Origin: Zootoca vivipara
Lineage: Eukaryota
Assembly (NCBI RefSeq): GCF_963506605.1
Contig: NC_083283.1
Coordinates: 60,388,001-60,452,000 of the forward strand
DNA: 64,000 nucleotides
Reading direction: 5' to 3'
Each line of letters starts with the position of its first letter. Position 1 is the first letter of the stretch. This document shows positions 10,881-22,903 of the stretch, one piece after another. Below the pieces are notes generated by a model that saw only the letters and a program-made list of their open reading frames with translations, was not told where the DNA came from and made no database searches. Position numbers and translations under genes: made by a program.

Positions 10881-13800
10881 CCGCACCCCACATCCTGAAA
10901 TCCCCCCCTTTACTAGCATTAGCCACGTGGCACTTTGCAGGGGCGATGGCAGGTGACTTGACTGCCCCCTCCCCATAAATGGGTCGCCCCTGCACGGGGA
11001 ATACTGTGCTTGGCAAGGCATGTGGTCTAATCATTACATTTGTTGCGGCAAGCAGCTGAACCCTGGAAGGCTCTAGTTTTCGTTGGCACCACGTGGTGTA
11101 AGATGTACACGCCACATGTGAGCGTGGGATTTATTGAACCGTCTGCTTTCAACGTGTGCATGGAGAAGTTAAGGGTTTTATGAAGTGGTCCTGCTGCGCC
11201 CATTGTTTATGCTCATTTAACCCAGAACGTTCACCCAACTGTTCATGTTTTTGGCAGGAGACCCAAGTCTTTGGATTTGGTGTTTACAACATGGTGAATG
11301 TTCTTGCACAGATGGATCATTCTTTCTACAAGCTTTAGGTATGAGGTGTTGATTCTGGCACCCTAAAAGCAATCTGATTTAGCTTGTCATTTTGTAGTAC
11401 AGTATATGCTTGTTTTTCAGCTCCACCAGTATCAAGTGGCATATTGTTTTGTGGACTTCCTGTAGTTTGTTAAACATCGTCTTGCCACACTACTTCATGA
11501 TGATTCTTGTACTAACTTTTATGATGCTCCAATTTTCAATCATAGGTTTGTAGACGATTGGGCATTATAGAAGTTGATTACTTCGGACTCCAGTTCACAG
11601 GCAGCAAAGGAGAGAATTTGTGGCTGAATTTGCGAAATAGAATATCCCAGCAGATGGATGGTCTTCCTCCTTACAGACTGAAACTACGTGTCAAGTTCTT
11701 CGTGGAGCCCCATCTCATATTGCAAGAACAGACAAGGTAAGAAAGAACTCCCAGTGAGACCTGTTCGTATTTGTTATTTTCAATATACTGTATGCAGCTC
11801 TCCAGTAGAAGTATAGAATGTGACTTTAATGTGTCTGTAGAACTGTACAATAAGCTGTACAATAAGCTAAGGTCTTATTGTAAAATAGTATTTATGGGGA
11901 ATAAAACCTACCATAGAGCAGTGTATGTTCATATATAGGCCTGGGTCCATGGGGTCACGAAGAGTCGGACACGACTAAACGACTAAACAACAACAAAAGT
12001 ACCTCCTGTAATTACAGGAGCCTTTCTACAAGTAGAAGTAACACAAAGTGTTTGCCCGATAGTAACCTCTTAGCAGTGTTATTGCAGGTCATTTTAAAAT
12101 GTTCATAGCAGGAAACTGTTCCACCCAGTGTTTCAATTTACAGAGCTCTGATATCATATTACAGTAATGTTTCAAACAAGTTTAGGCCCTGCTTCAAACC
12201 ACAAAGAGAAAACATCTGGTTTCTCCCTTTAGGAAATATGTAGCTATCTTAAGCTTGCACTTGAATTCAAACACTGACAAAAATCATGTAATTACACTTT
12301 TAAAATGGACTTGGAAGACTCCACCTTTATTCCCTATGGGGTTTATTTAGGTAGCCTTCATGGTAAAATTTCACCCAGCCATATAATGCTTAAGATGAAA
12401 TGTTTCAGTAGCATGGTGAGATTTTATTAAAATACATTTTCTTGTAGAAAAATGCTCACTTCCAAACTGTAGCCTGCTATAGATGGTTGCAGATAACAGC
12501 TCTTCTATGAATGCATTTATGCTGTTCTCATGCTTTGTACATACTGTAATGTTATTCTATTGTAACAATGAATTAACTATTTGTTAGGCAGGCAACTTGT
12601 GAATCTGGATGCTGCTAGCTTCATGGGATGGCAGGGCTGCTAATATTTTATGGACTAAAATACTTTTGAAATAATCTGTACAGCTTTTTAATATTCAAGC
12701 TGAATCTTCTTTTCTTTTTTAAGTACGCAGACCTCCTGTGTTGTGTATCATGTTTTCAAAAGCTTTCATTGCATGTGATGGAACAATATTTCTTACATGA
12801 ATTACCTTGGTTAATATTTTACTTTTAAGAAAACTATGCTGTGCATTATAACTTGGGGATATTTTTCATGCTGTTACAGTTACCGTGCAAAACCTGGCTT
12901 GCAGCTGTCTGGGACTTTTAAACCTTAACACTCAGACATTTTTTTTGTGCTAGACTTGCAAAGTGAAGACCAGGAGTTCTATCCTGTCATATGTCAATAT
13001 AGCAACAGTTTTCTGAATGCTTTGAAAGGCTATGAATGTTGGCAAGTTTCAAAGAATGAGAGTACCAGTGTGTGGGGGAACCCATTCTCTTTGTCGTCAT
13101 GTATAGTCTTCCAGGCTTAAGAGATTCAATGTTGATGTCTCATCCTTACCTAGTCTGCGCCATTGAAAAAGAATAGGCATCAGTTTGAGAACACTGACAG
13201 GGTCAGTTCCCTTGTATTTGCATATTGTTTGTGGAGAAAACAGTGTACTGAGATTAGGTTATTCTTTTGAAGTATCAACCATTGTGTGAATATGTATTTG
13301 TAAATGGAAGTTTTGTATACATGTGAGAGATATGTGAGAGCTGGCTATTATAAATTCCAAGAGTTCAATCCTAGACCATTCTCCACATAAATTTGAATTA
13401 GATTTGATTTTGAAGATCTAATGGTTTGTTTTGATTTGACTTGACCCGTGAAACTGCTTTTAATAGGCTTCAGAACATGACATTAAGTGTGAAACTGTGA
13501 TTGCTGTTCTGCTGTTTTACTTAATAGGTTGAATAATTCTTCAAACCTAGATTTCCACAGTAGTAAATCATTGTTATTACATTTGCCCATATTCTACTAT
13601 AGTAATTTATAACCAGGAAAAGAAGGCCAAACAATGTGTCAGCTGAAATTTCATGGTCTTAAATATGAACACCTTTATTCCAAGTCCATGTGCTAAGTTG
13701 AAATGCTTCAGGATACATAGTTTTCACAGTATTCTGGTACTGAATATTGTTAAAAGTGGGGGATGGGGAGAAGAAATAACAAAACTTTAAGATGCTCCTG

Positions 13801-16800
13801 TAATTTAACTTTTAAAAGAAATTATGCCAGGGTGTTAGAAAGCCATTTATATAATTGTGGGGAATTGTTTTGAGTTTGGATTTATTCCAAGGAATTCAGG
13901 GAAGCTTCATGGAGCTGCCCGGTAGTTTGTTTTTAGATAAAAAGAGGATAGTAATCGAGAAATCCAAGGTTCATAAATGAGTTGCAATGAGAAAGTTGAG
14001 TCTCAAAACTTATTCTGGGTGTGGCTGTGTTTTACTTGCTAACAGTGAAGGCAGCAGTGAAAGGATGTGTGGTGGCTGCTCAGAGAAGCAACAACAATGT
14101 AACTGTAGGTCATTGACTGAAAGTAACCCTTGTTAATAGCTGCCAGGCTGTTCTATGGAATCAGTGACTGCTGCATTGGACGAAAGCCGAGTTTCTGGGG
14201 AAATTCGACTCCTGATTGGTCTGAAATGGTTGTTTCAGGGAAGAAAGTTCTGCTTTTTGTGAAGAAGTAACAAGTCTAAACTTTTGTCTACTTTTGGAAT
14301 AGTAGGCATTGTTGACATTGAGTAAATATGTGAAACTTCTTAAATTACATTTTATCCTTTAAAACTTATTGTTAAAGTTCAGTAGCAATACATTTAGAAT
14401 ACGGGAATAAAGTAACTTTTTTTTTGTAGTGAGTGGTCAGAAATTAAACAGCTATTATAATTAGGGACATGACAAAACCATTTAAGGACTTGACAAAACC
14501 ATTAATTACATTTTACTTTATAACATCTAGTGTATTAGCTTTAGTTAAGAACTAAAGTTCAGTTTGATGTCTGAAGAAATAAAATGAGAATTCTGGCCAT
14601 TATAGTGAGCTATTTAAATTTGTTTCAAACAGCTTGCTGCATTAAAACTGGCTTGTTGAATTTGCATATACAGTACAGTTCACACTTGTAATTTGCAGTA
14701 TAAATATATTTGTCTAGGTAAGTGTTCTGTCTTGCCCAAGTGCAATTAAAACTTGTGGTGGTTGCTGAAAAAAGTGTTGAATCCATATAACTAATGAAGC
14801 ATAGCTGAACAGGCTTTGCCTCCCTTATCAATCAACAATGATGAACAAGGCTTGGGAATCTTGCCTCCTTTGCCATTGTACAATATGACAGTAATAATTT
14901 TACCCGCTTTTCACCCTAAGGTCCCAGAGTCGGTTACAATAATTAAAACACAATGTTAAACAGAATTAACAGTTTACATGGCTATTTACATGGCTATTGG
15001 GATTGCCTTACCCCATATATTCCCACTCAACCATATTGACGGAAATGGCATTGTTATAGGTGCCACATAGTACTCATTCCACATTTATAGGAACTCAAAT
15101 CTTTTAGTGTGGCAACACCTACACTTTGGAACTCCTTGCCTACATTTTTGTTTAGACAAGTTTGCCCTAATGTTTAGAAAATGTATGTGAGTTTTAATCT
15201 GCTTTTTAGCCTATTGTTAATTTAACTTTTTGAAAGTCTTAAATTGTTGAGGCTGATTCTTCTTATTGGCAGTTTTATTGTTTATTTTTTGTAACCACTT
15301 TTAGGTTGTTGTTTTCTTTACAATTAAGCAGTATATAAATTTTAGGAAGTAAATAAATGGTATTGTGTTATAAACCACAGGACTCTCCACCTGCTCAAAT
15401 TATTGCACACTAATCTAGATAAATCTTCCTACTTTTTGTTGTTGGCATCCATGTGTCTCAAGAGACAAGTGCGCCTTCAAACAGCTGTGTTAGCAGCACC
15501 AAAGTGACCTTCCCAGGGTGCAAGCCTGGGCAGTGTGTATGGAGGGTCCCCTCCCTTGGCCTCGCTGATGTGGTCCAAATGAAAGCAGAGCAAAACCTGT
15601 GGCACCAGCTTGGCTGCAGGAGTTGCCAGAAGGAGGCGTACAAGGTGCCATCGGCTTCTGTTTCCCCCCATAAAGCTGAGGCATTCTTCTGCTCAAACAC
15701 TGGCTTACTGCCTCAGTGCACTACTAAATGTGCATGGGGGAGGCAGTTGGCAATCCCTCCACCCCATTCCATTCTACTCGAAAGGGGACTCTGGTCTCTG
15801 GGGTAAGGTTCAGGGGGAGGTTCAAGGGGGAAAGAAGGCTCTTTCAGATTCTGGTCCATGTGTTTTAAACTTAAAAATAGGTTTTCTATTTTCCTGGCAA
15901 ACCAATAAAAGCCTAACATTATTGACGAGAGTTCTTTGCACAGAAGCTGGCACCTATCTTGTACTATAACTCCCTCACAGATTGGTGTGGGATTGTCATA
16001 CTTGCAGTCCCATGAATTATAACCAATATTGGCCAGAATATTCAGTTATGATTTTAAAAGGAATTATAAAAAAGGATCTTAATTCTGCAACAGATCATTC
16101 CAAGAGAAAGTCCTCATCAACATCTTTCCACTTCTGAACTAGCAGGGCAAGATCTGATTCACAATAAACTTATATATTAGTAGGTGCAACAGTATTTCCA
16201 ATTTGATATGTGAGACAACTAATGGTCTATCACCAGACACTTAACAGAATATTATAGACTCATAACAAGCATTCGAAACAACCCATTATTTTAATCACGT
16301 TTTGTGAAAGGGAATTTCATTAATTTAAGCAGTGTCTGAACTCTGGGTGCAGTACTGAGCCTAAGATTTCAGATTAAAACTGCCACTGCTGGAAAAGGAG
16401 GACCTTTTTCTGCCTCCCCACTTCCAGCCATTCTCCAAAGACGGTAGAAGAGACCCTCATAAGAATATAAGGGGAGTGGTCAGGGGAAGTATGGCTTTGT
16501 TTTTTGCAGTCTTCAGATGAGGACTAGACCATGTAAAAATGAGCATAAGATTTTAGCTGCAGTTCAGCTTTGTATTCTTGCTACAAAAAATGCTCACCTA
16601 GACACTCCATTGTGGCACCCACAATCTAGGTTTAGAGTGCCGTTTAGTTCCTAGCTTTTATATCTGTTTCTAACACTGCTTGTGACAGATTTCTTATTCC
16701 CCTCAGCCCCATTTACACTATTTAACGTAGTATATCACTTTAAACAGTCATGGCTTCCCTCAGTGAATCCTGGGAACTAAAGTTTGTTAAGAATTTTGAC

Positions 16801-19800
16801 AGATGTTAGGAGACCCCTATCCCTTTCATAGTACCGTCTTCTGGGAAAAGGAATTGCCAGTTAAACCACACTGGGAATTTTATCTCTGGGAAGGGAATAG
16901 GGATCTCCTAACAAGTCTCAGCACCCTTAACAGACTACAGTTTACAGGGTTATTTGGGGAGGCCACGATACTGCTTTGGGGAAGTGGTATGATACTGCTT
17001 TAAGTGTATAGTGCAGAAGGGAGGAGCCTCCTTTATGTCTGAGAAACACTCAGTACAGACAAGCCAACCTCTGTCAGCTTGTATGTATTCAGTACGTGTT
17101 AAACTGGCAATACAGCTGTGGTGGTGGGGCAGTTCAAATCTCTGCCTTTCTTTACCTTAAAACCTTCAGTTTGCTATGCTTTTAAAATCATTGATCTTCA
17201 GAGGAGGTATCCTCAACAATTCATAGTGGGTTTTATTGTGCCTCATGATTGTAAGTTGCCATCATCCTTCAGTAATATGTGAAGTCACATGTAAAGGACC
17301 TTTCCCCTGACTAAACTCCTGTTCCTTCCTGGAAATAAATTTAGAATAGATGCTGTTCTGTTCACTCACTTTGACTAAAACTTTATCTTTAATACTGTCT
17401 TTCTATTTCAATGTTTCAAGATGAATCAGACTTCCAATTCATTCTATATCACTGAGGTATTCTGTAATTTATTTTCCAATACTTACAGATAGGGAAATAA
17501 GAACAATATCTTGTGAATTTTAAAAGAAGGAGCAGACCAATTTCTGTCACATATTTTACTAAATATGACTTAATACTTTTTAAATTAATTTCCTTTTAGG
17601 CACATGTTTTTCTTGCATATAGAGGAGGATCTTCTGGCTGGTAATCTTCAGTGTTCTTCTGAACATGCAATTGAACTTAGTGCACTACTTGCCCAGTTGA
17701 AGTTTGGTGATTATAATCAAAATACTGCCAAATATCATTATGAAGAGTTCTGTGCAAAGGAGCTTACCACTACTGTTTTGGACAGGTAAGAGGGTTTGTT
17801 TCCTAGGAACATTACTATGGCTGAAATAATTGTTCAGATGCATATCATTGGCAAAACCACTGCAGTTGCGAAACACATTTTTATTTGCAGGATTTATGCT
17901 AACACAGTCATATCTAAGACTTCTTCATTTTCTGTAGTACTCATAATATTTAAGGATTTTAATTTTGAAGCTATACGTTGCCTGTGTATTACTATAATAT
18001 ATATTCCTGATTCTTAGACTGATTAAATAAAATATTTTTTTTAAAAAAAACATCTCAATGGGAGAATTTGAAAATTTTTACATCTTCTATTGAACTGAGT
18101 AAAGATTTTGAATTGTTTAAGTGTGGTGAGATTGTTCCTCAATTGAGTTTTTAAAGCATGAAGCCACATTCATAGTTCAACAAATTTTGTAATCTCGTTT
18201 TTCTCAAAAGGCACCTAATCTTATCAACAACTATTTAATATGTTACCATGTAAAACATTAATTCTGAATATTATGTAATACTATACTTAGTTACATTTAA
18301 ATAAGGACAATGTATCATTAAAAATAAATCTATAAAATCATAACATTTGAGATCTTGATAAAAACCAGTATTTAAATTTTGTAAATCATTAAAAGTTACA
18401 AAATGTTCATGATGTTGATTGAATATGTCTTTAAACACTGTACCTTGCTTATGCGTGTCTGAATGATTAACCTATTCTCAACTTTTTGTTACCTACAGTA
18501 TTACTGCAAAGCATAAGGAACTTGAAGGCCTCACCCAAGCTTCAGCAGAGTATCAAGTTTTACAGATTGTGTCAACACTGGAGAACTATGGGGTGGAATG
18601 GCATTCTGTTAGAGACAGTGAAGGGCAGAAACTTTTTATTGGTATTGGTCCTGAGGGTATTGCCATGTGTAAAGATGACTTCACCCCCATCAACAGGTAA
18701 TAAATGCCTACTAATCTCCATTAAAAGGTTCAGAAGAGTTGTGGGATACACATCTGTTGTGATTCAACCATTGTTACCTGTTCTCTGATTAACGCTGAAC
18801 ATCACATGGGTGCACTTTTCCAATAGGACTTCACCTTCGCCAACCTGACACTTCCAAACCTCTTCCACTGGAAGCATTACATAAGGGGCTTTGGAAGCCC
18901 TGTGCTTGGGAGGTGCTGAGCACAGAGCTTGCAAAGTCCCCTGGGGAAAGCTTCCCAAGTGCCCAGCAGTCAGGTGATCCTCATTTGGGTATTTGCAGGC
19001 AGCACATTAATAGTGCATGCAAAACCCCATTCATCCAGGCGCTGACTTTACCCGCTCTTAACTCATGTCATATATGGGCAGATGGGCATCTCAAGGGCTG
19101 AATGGCAAGGGCTGCCATGCCTAATTATGTCCATGGGCCAGAGATCCCCCACCCCTGTGCGCTATAGATTAAGCTGTCAAAATAGTTGTAGGTGGCTTTG
19201 TTTCTTTCCGGTAGTGCATGATGTGGAACCAGATTACTTAAGAGATTGCCTTGACGCATATATCATTACCTAACAATTGCATTCCTACAAATGGGCATTG
19301 TTAAGGATTCGTTATGCTCCAGAGGTCTGCCTGACATCAACAAGAAACCAGGCCTTTATTTTTACTATTTGCATTGTTCTCTTCATATTCTAGCTTTACA
19401 CTTTGGAAACACTTGCTATGTAGGTTATATATTATTAAATAAATAAATAAATTTAAAGAGCTAAATTGTTCTAGCTTAGTATTAACCTTAAATGTACCCT
19501 GCCAAACTATAGCTGGCCTGTAGTTGTTCCTCACAGTCCTTTTAGGCTCTCAGTACAGGACTTGTTCTTTAACATACTTGCCTTCCTTATAGAATTGCAT
19601 ACCCAATTGTTCAGATGGCAACACAGTCTGGAAAGAATGTGTACTTGACTGTCACAAAGGAATCTGGCAATAGCATAGTTCACCTTTTCAAGATGGTCAG
19701 CACCAGAGCAGCTAGTGGACTGTACAGAGCGATAACAGAAACACATGCATTTTACAGGTTTGTATTTCTAGAAAACAAATCCAGTTTCAAATGCATCAAA

Positions 19801-22800
19801 TATTTCCTGCATAAGTGCTTAAGTTTCTCTTTTTAGTTGATATAACCATGGTGTAAACTTTAATATTTCTGGAATAAAAAGCTTAATTTTATTCTGCTGC
19901 CTCCTGAGTGGATTTAATTTTGTTGGTTAGGAATATTATTTTATATCTGAAGTGGGAAGAGATGCTTGAAGAAACCTCTTGTATGAACACAAGATAAAGT
20001 TAACACTTCCTAAACATACCATTTGATTAATTTCTAATGCAACTCTGGTTTAACAAACTTGTAACAACCCATTTCAAACTATTCTCTTTTAGGGAATGCA
20101 AGTATTTAAACTAAGAATGCCGTTTTGTTTTTAGAATAGTCTTCCATGTTCTCATTGCAATTACAGTATTAGAATTCTTTGAATAAACAGAACCTATTAT
20201 TTCACCTTTTTGTTCAGTTTGACTGAGTTATACTTTGTTTCCTCCCCCCCCCCAACTCTGGTAGGTGTGACACTGTTACTAGTGCTGTTATGATGCAGTA
20301 CAGTCGAGACTTAAAGGGCCATTTAGCATCCTTGTTCCTGAATGAGAATATTAATCTCGGCAAAAAGTATGTGTTTGATATTAAGCGGACATCTAAAGAA
20401 GCTTATGATCATGCAAGGCGAGCCCTTTACAATGCTGGCATTGTGGACCTTGTTTCGAGAAGCGACCAGAGCCCGCCCAGTTCTCCCCTTAAGTCTTCAG
20501 AAAGCAGTATGAACTGTGATAGCTGTGAAGGTCTCAACTGCCAGCAGATGAAAGCTCTTCAAGAAAAGTTACGGAAGCTTAAAGAATCCCTACTATGTAT
20601 GGTATGCTGTGAAGAAGAAATAAATTCAACATTTTGTCCATGTGGCCACACCGTGTGCTGTGAGTCCTGTGCTGCACAATTACAGGTAATTATAAAGTTA
20701 AGTACAACAACATTGAATCGCATGTTAAATTATTGGTCTGATTTCTACATTACATGAAAGCATAGTATAAAACAACTGTGGCTTAATGTGAATGAGCAGT
20801 GGGCTGATGCACAGTGCTCTAATCATGGTTCTCTTCCCTTGCTGCTGCTGCATTATTATTTTTATCAGATTTATATACTGCCTTTCATCTGAGTATCACA
20901 GGGCAGATTAGAGTATAAAAACACAAAAATACATAGCAAAAGCAAACAAAGCAATAGCCTTCTCCTGTGTGTGCAACCCACTTTTTAAAAAGCCATAGAT
21001 TGTTTAATGAGCCAAAGGCCTGGGAGAAGAGGAAAATTTTTGGCTGATGCCTAAAGATACGTAGTGAAGGTGCTGGGAGAGCATTCCAGAAACAGAACCA
21101 CTGTAGAAAATGACAGTTCTCTCTCCCTCCTTTTTTTAAAAAAAAAATTGAAACGTTTCAGCATACACGGCTTGGGACCCTCGTACCTACGGGACCGCCT
21201 CTCCTGGTATGCACCACGGAGGGCCTTAAGGTCCACAAATAACAATATTTTGGAGATCCCGAGCCATAAGGTGGCTAGATTGGCCTCAACTAGGGCCCAG
21301 GGCCTTTTCAGTATTGGCCCCGACTTGGTGGAATGCTCTCTCACAGGAGACCAGGGCCCTGCTGGATTTGACATCTTTCCGCAGGGCCTGCAAGACGGAG
21401 CTGTTCCGTCTGGCCTTTGGGCTGGACTCAGTCTGACCACTATGTTTTTCCTCCCTTATGGTTTTGATTTGGGTCATTTTAAAACAAGGCTGCATTTAAA
21501 AAAAATAAAATAAATCTGGATTGTATTTTAACCCACATTTTAATCAGTTGTTTTTCTTTCTTTTATGTTTTGTTGTGATCTTGTTAATATCAGCTGCCCT
21601 GAGCCCGGCTCTCGCTGGGGAGGGTGGGGTATAAATAAAGATTATTATTATTATTATTTATTAGATACAATTAAAAAATTAAAGAAAATATCAAGTTCTC
21701 TTTCAGAGATCTTAACCCTTGTCTCACATAAAAGTGGGCGGACCCTCCCATCTCTCACCTGGGAGCTTTTTCTTCTAGCTTCCCACCCTGGGAGATCTTC
21801 CATTCCTTGCCTCTAATACAGTTTTTCACCTTCCATCCATCACCTTCCTGTGCATTCCCTTATTAATCCAGAGTATAGGACTTTAGAAAAACACAAAAGC
21901 AAAAGAAAAGGCCCATTCTCATGTTGCCACCCTCTGGACCTCGTGGAGAGGGCACATGAAGAAGGGCCTCATACGGTGATCACAGTTGCAAAGGAAAAAG
22001 CCAGAGCTTGACTTGCAGTGTCCAAACCTGGGCTTCTGGCTTGTTCGGCCAAATAAATCGTAAACGGTAAGCCAAAAACAAACACTGGCAAGCCCAAGTT
22101 TGGACCTCGCAACAAGCCATTCTCTGGCTTGTCATATTTGTAACATGGCGTCGCAGCAGTAGTGCACCAGAATGCAGTTCATTTCTGTTAAGCCTTACTT
22201 GCCTTTAAGCTATGCTATAATGTGATGTGACAACTGAGTCATTACCTTTCCAAGTATGTTGCTGTCCTCCATACTAAAAACAAATTCTCAAACCGGTTGA
22301 CAAAGTAAACATAGAAGGGAACATTGGTTCATGGCATTTAATAGCTGTGTATAGCCTTAGGCTCTTTGGCATAGTGTTGAGAGAAGAGGGAGATACTCCT
22401 TACTAGTGGTCAAAATACTGCTGACCCTGTCAAATGCCTAATTTGACCTACCAGGTAAGTAACATAGATTTGGGTGAAATTGCTGAAAATATTTGGCATA
22501 AGCTTGAAATTCTTTGGAACCTCACATTTGTTAACATTTTGTGGCATCTTGAAATTAAACAGTACTACTTACATGGAGATCATATGATTTCTACTTTAGA
22601 TTCTGGAGTATATATATGTTCTAGCTATGAACACATTTGTATAAATCTGCTGAGGCTTGCTTTTGTGCCAAGCATTTTTAAAACTTAAATATATATCAGC
22701 AGAAAAACTGAATGTTGGAACCTTCAGGCTATGTGAACTGATAAACCCTTATATGAGACATAAAGTTTAACAACAGTGAATAAATGTTCCAACTTTTGTT

Positions 22801-22903
22801 TTTTCCCTTCTAGTCATGTCCAGTTTGCAGATCTCGAGTAGAGCACGTCCAGCATGTGTATTTGCCTACCCACACCAGTCTGCTTAATCTGACAGTAATA
22901 TGA
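10449..22903 (+). CDS. MYLIP: MYLIP/IDOL E3 ubiquitin ligase, spliced CDS join(10449..10535,11546..11736,17600..17785,18499..18696,19593..19757,20265..20685,22814..22903), 445 aa
   Basis: Exons of 87+191+186+198+165+421+90 = 1338 nt join in frame with GT-AG boundaries. Translation runs [11 protein letters not shown]...RING (C387 MVCCEEE...CPCGH...CPVCR)...[10 protein letters not shown], matching vertebrate IDOL. Confidence 0.98.
11546..11736 (+). CDS. MYLIP: MYLIP exon 2 (FERM F1)
   Basis: catAG|GTT; [17 protein letters not shown]...[17 protein letters not shown]; AG|GTAAG. Confidence 0.97.
11942..11997 (+). mobile_element. BovB (RTE) extreme 3' fragment
   Basis: gtccatggggtcacgaagagtcggacacgactaaacgactaaacaacaac, the same tail as 53752-54360. 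Confidence 0.85.
12053..12091. promoter_or_regulatory. Two divergent DR4 (LXRE-like) elements in MYLIP intron 2
   Basis: - strand AGGTTA ctat CGGGCA (12053-12068); + strand GTGTTA ttgc AGGTCA (12076-12091). MYLIP is an established LXR target. Confidence 0.6.
14107..14129. promoter_or_regulatory. DR4 (LXRE-like) overlapping an IR1 in MYLIP intron 2
   Basis: - strand GGGTTA cttt CAGTCA (14114-14129); AGGTCA t TGACTG (14107-14119). Confidence 0.5.
15436..15652 (-). mobile_element. Probable RTE-related non-autonomous retroposon fragment
   Basis: (TTG)n end followed by a GC-richer body resembling a squamate interspersed repeat; recognised by eye only. Confidence 0.4.
16705..17021. mobile_element. 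Degenerate palindromic MITE-like repeat
   Basis: Imperfect inverted ends (tttacactat...atagtgcaga); a related interrupted copy lies at ~60095-60640. Confidence 0.55.
17600..17785 (+). CDS. MYLIP: MYLIP exon 3 (FERM F2)
   Basis: ttttAG|G; [16 protein letters not shown]...[12 protein letters not shown]...VLD; AG|GTAAG. Confidence 0.97.
18499..18696 (+). CDS. MYLIP: MYLIP exon 4
   Basis: tacAG|T; [22 protein letters not shown]...[18 protein letters not shown]...DDFTPIN; AG|GTAA. Confidence 0.97.
19593..19757 (+). CDS. MYLIP: MYLIP exon 5 (FERM F3)
   Basis: tatAG|A; [18 protein letters not shown]...[15 protein letters not shown]; AG|GTTTG. Confidence 0.97.
20265..20685 (+). CDS. MYLIP: MYLIP exon 6 (FERM C-terminus, linker, RING start)
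   Basis: gtAG|G; [19 protein letters not shown]...[31 protein letters not shown]; AG|GTAAT. Confidence 0.97.
21160..21662 (+). mobile_element. L2 LINE 3' fragment in MYLIP intron 6
   Basis: ORF2 C-terminal remnant [24 protein letters not shown]; ends ataaataaag(att)n. Confidence 0.8.
22814..22903 (+). CDS. MYLIP: MYLIP exon 7 coding part (RING end, stop)
   Basis: ttctAG|TCA; [32 protein letters not shown]. Confidence 0.97.
   Translation, partial: SCPVCRSRVEHVQHVYLPTHTSLLNLTVI

Noticed and set aside
10088-11115. Many overlapping ORFs around MYLIP exon 1
   Set aside because: Stop-poor CpG island; only 10449-10535 is coding
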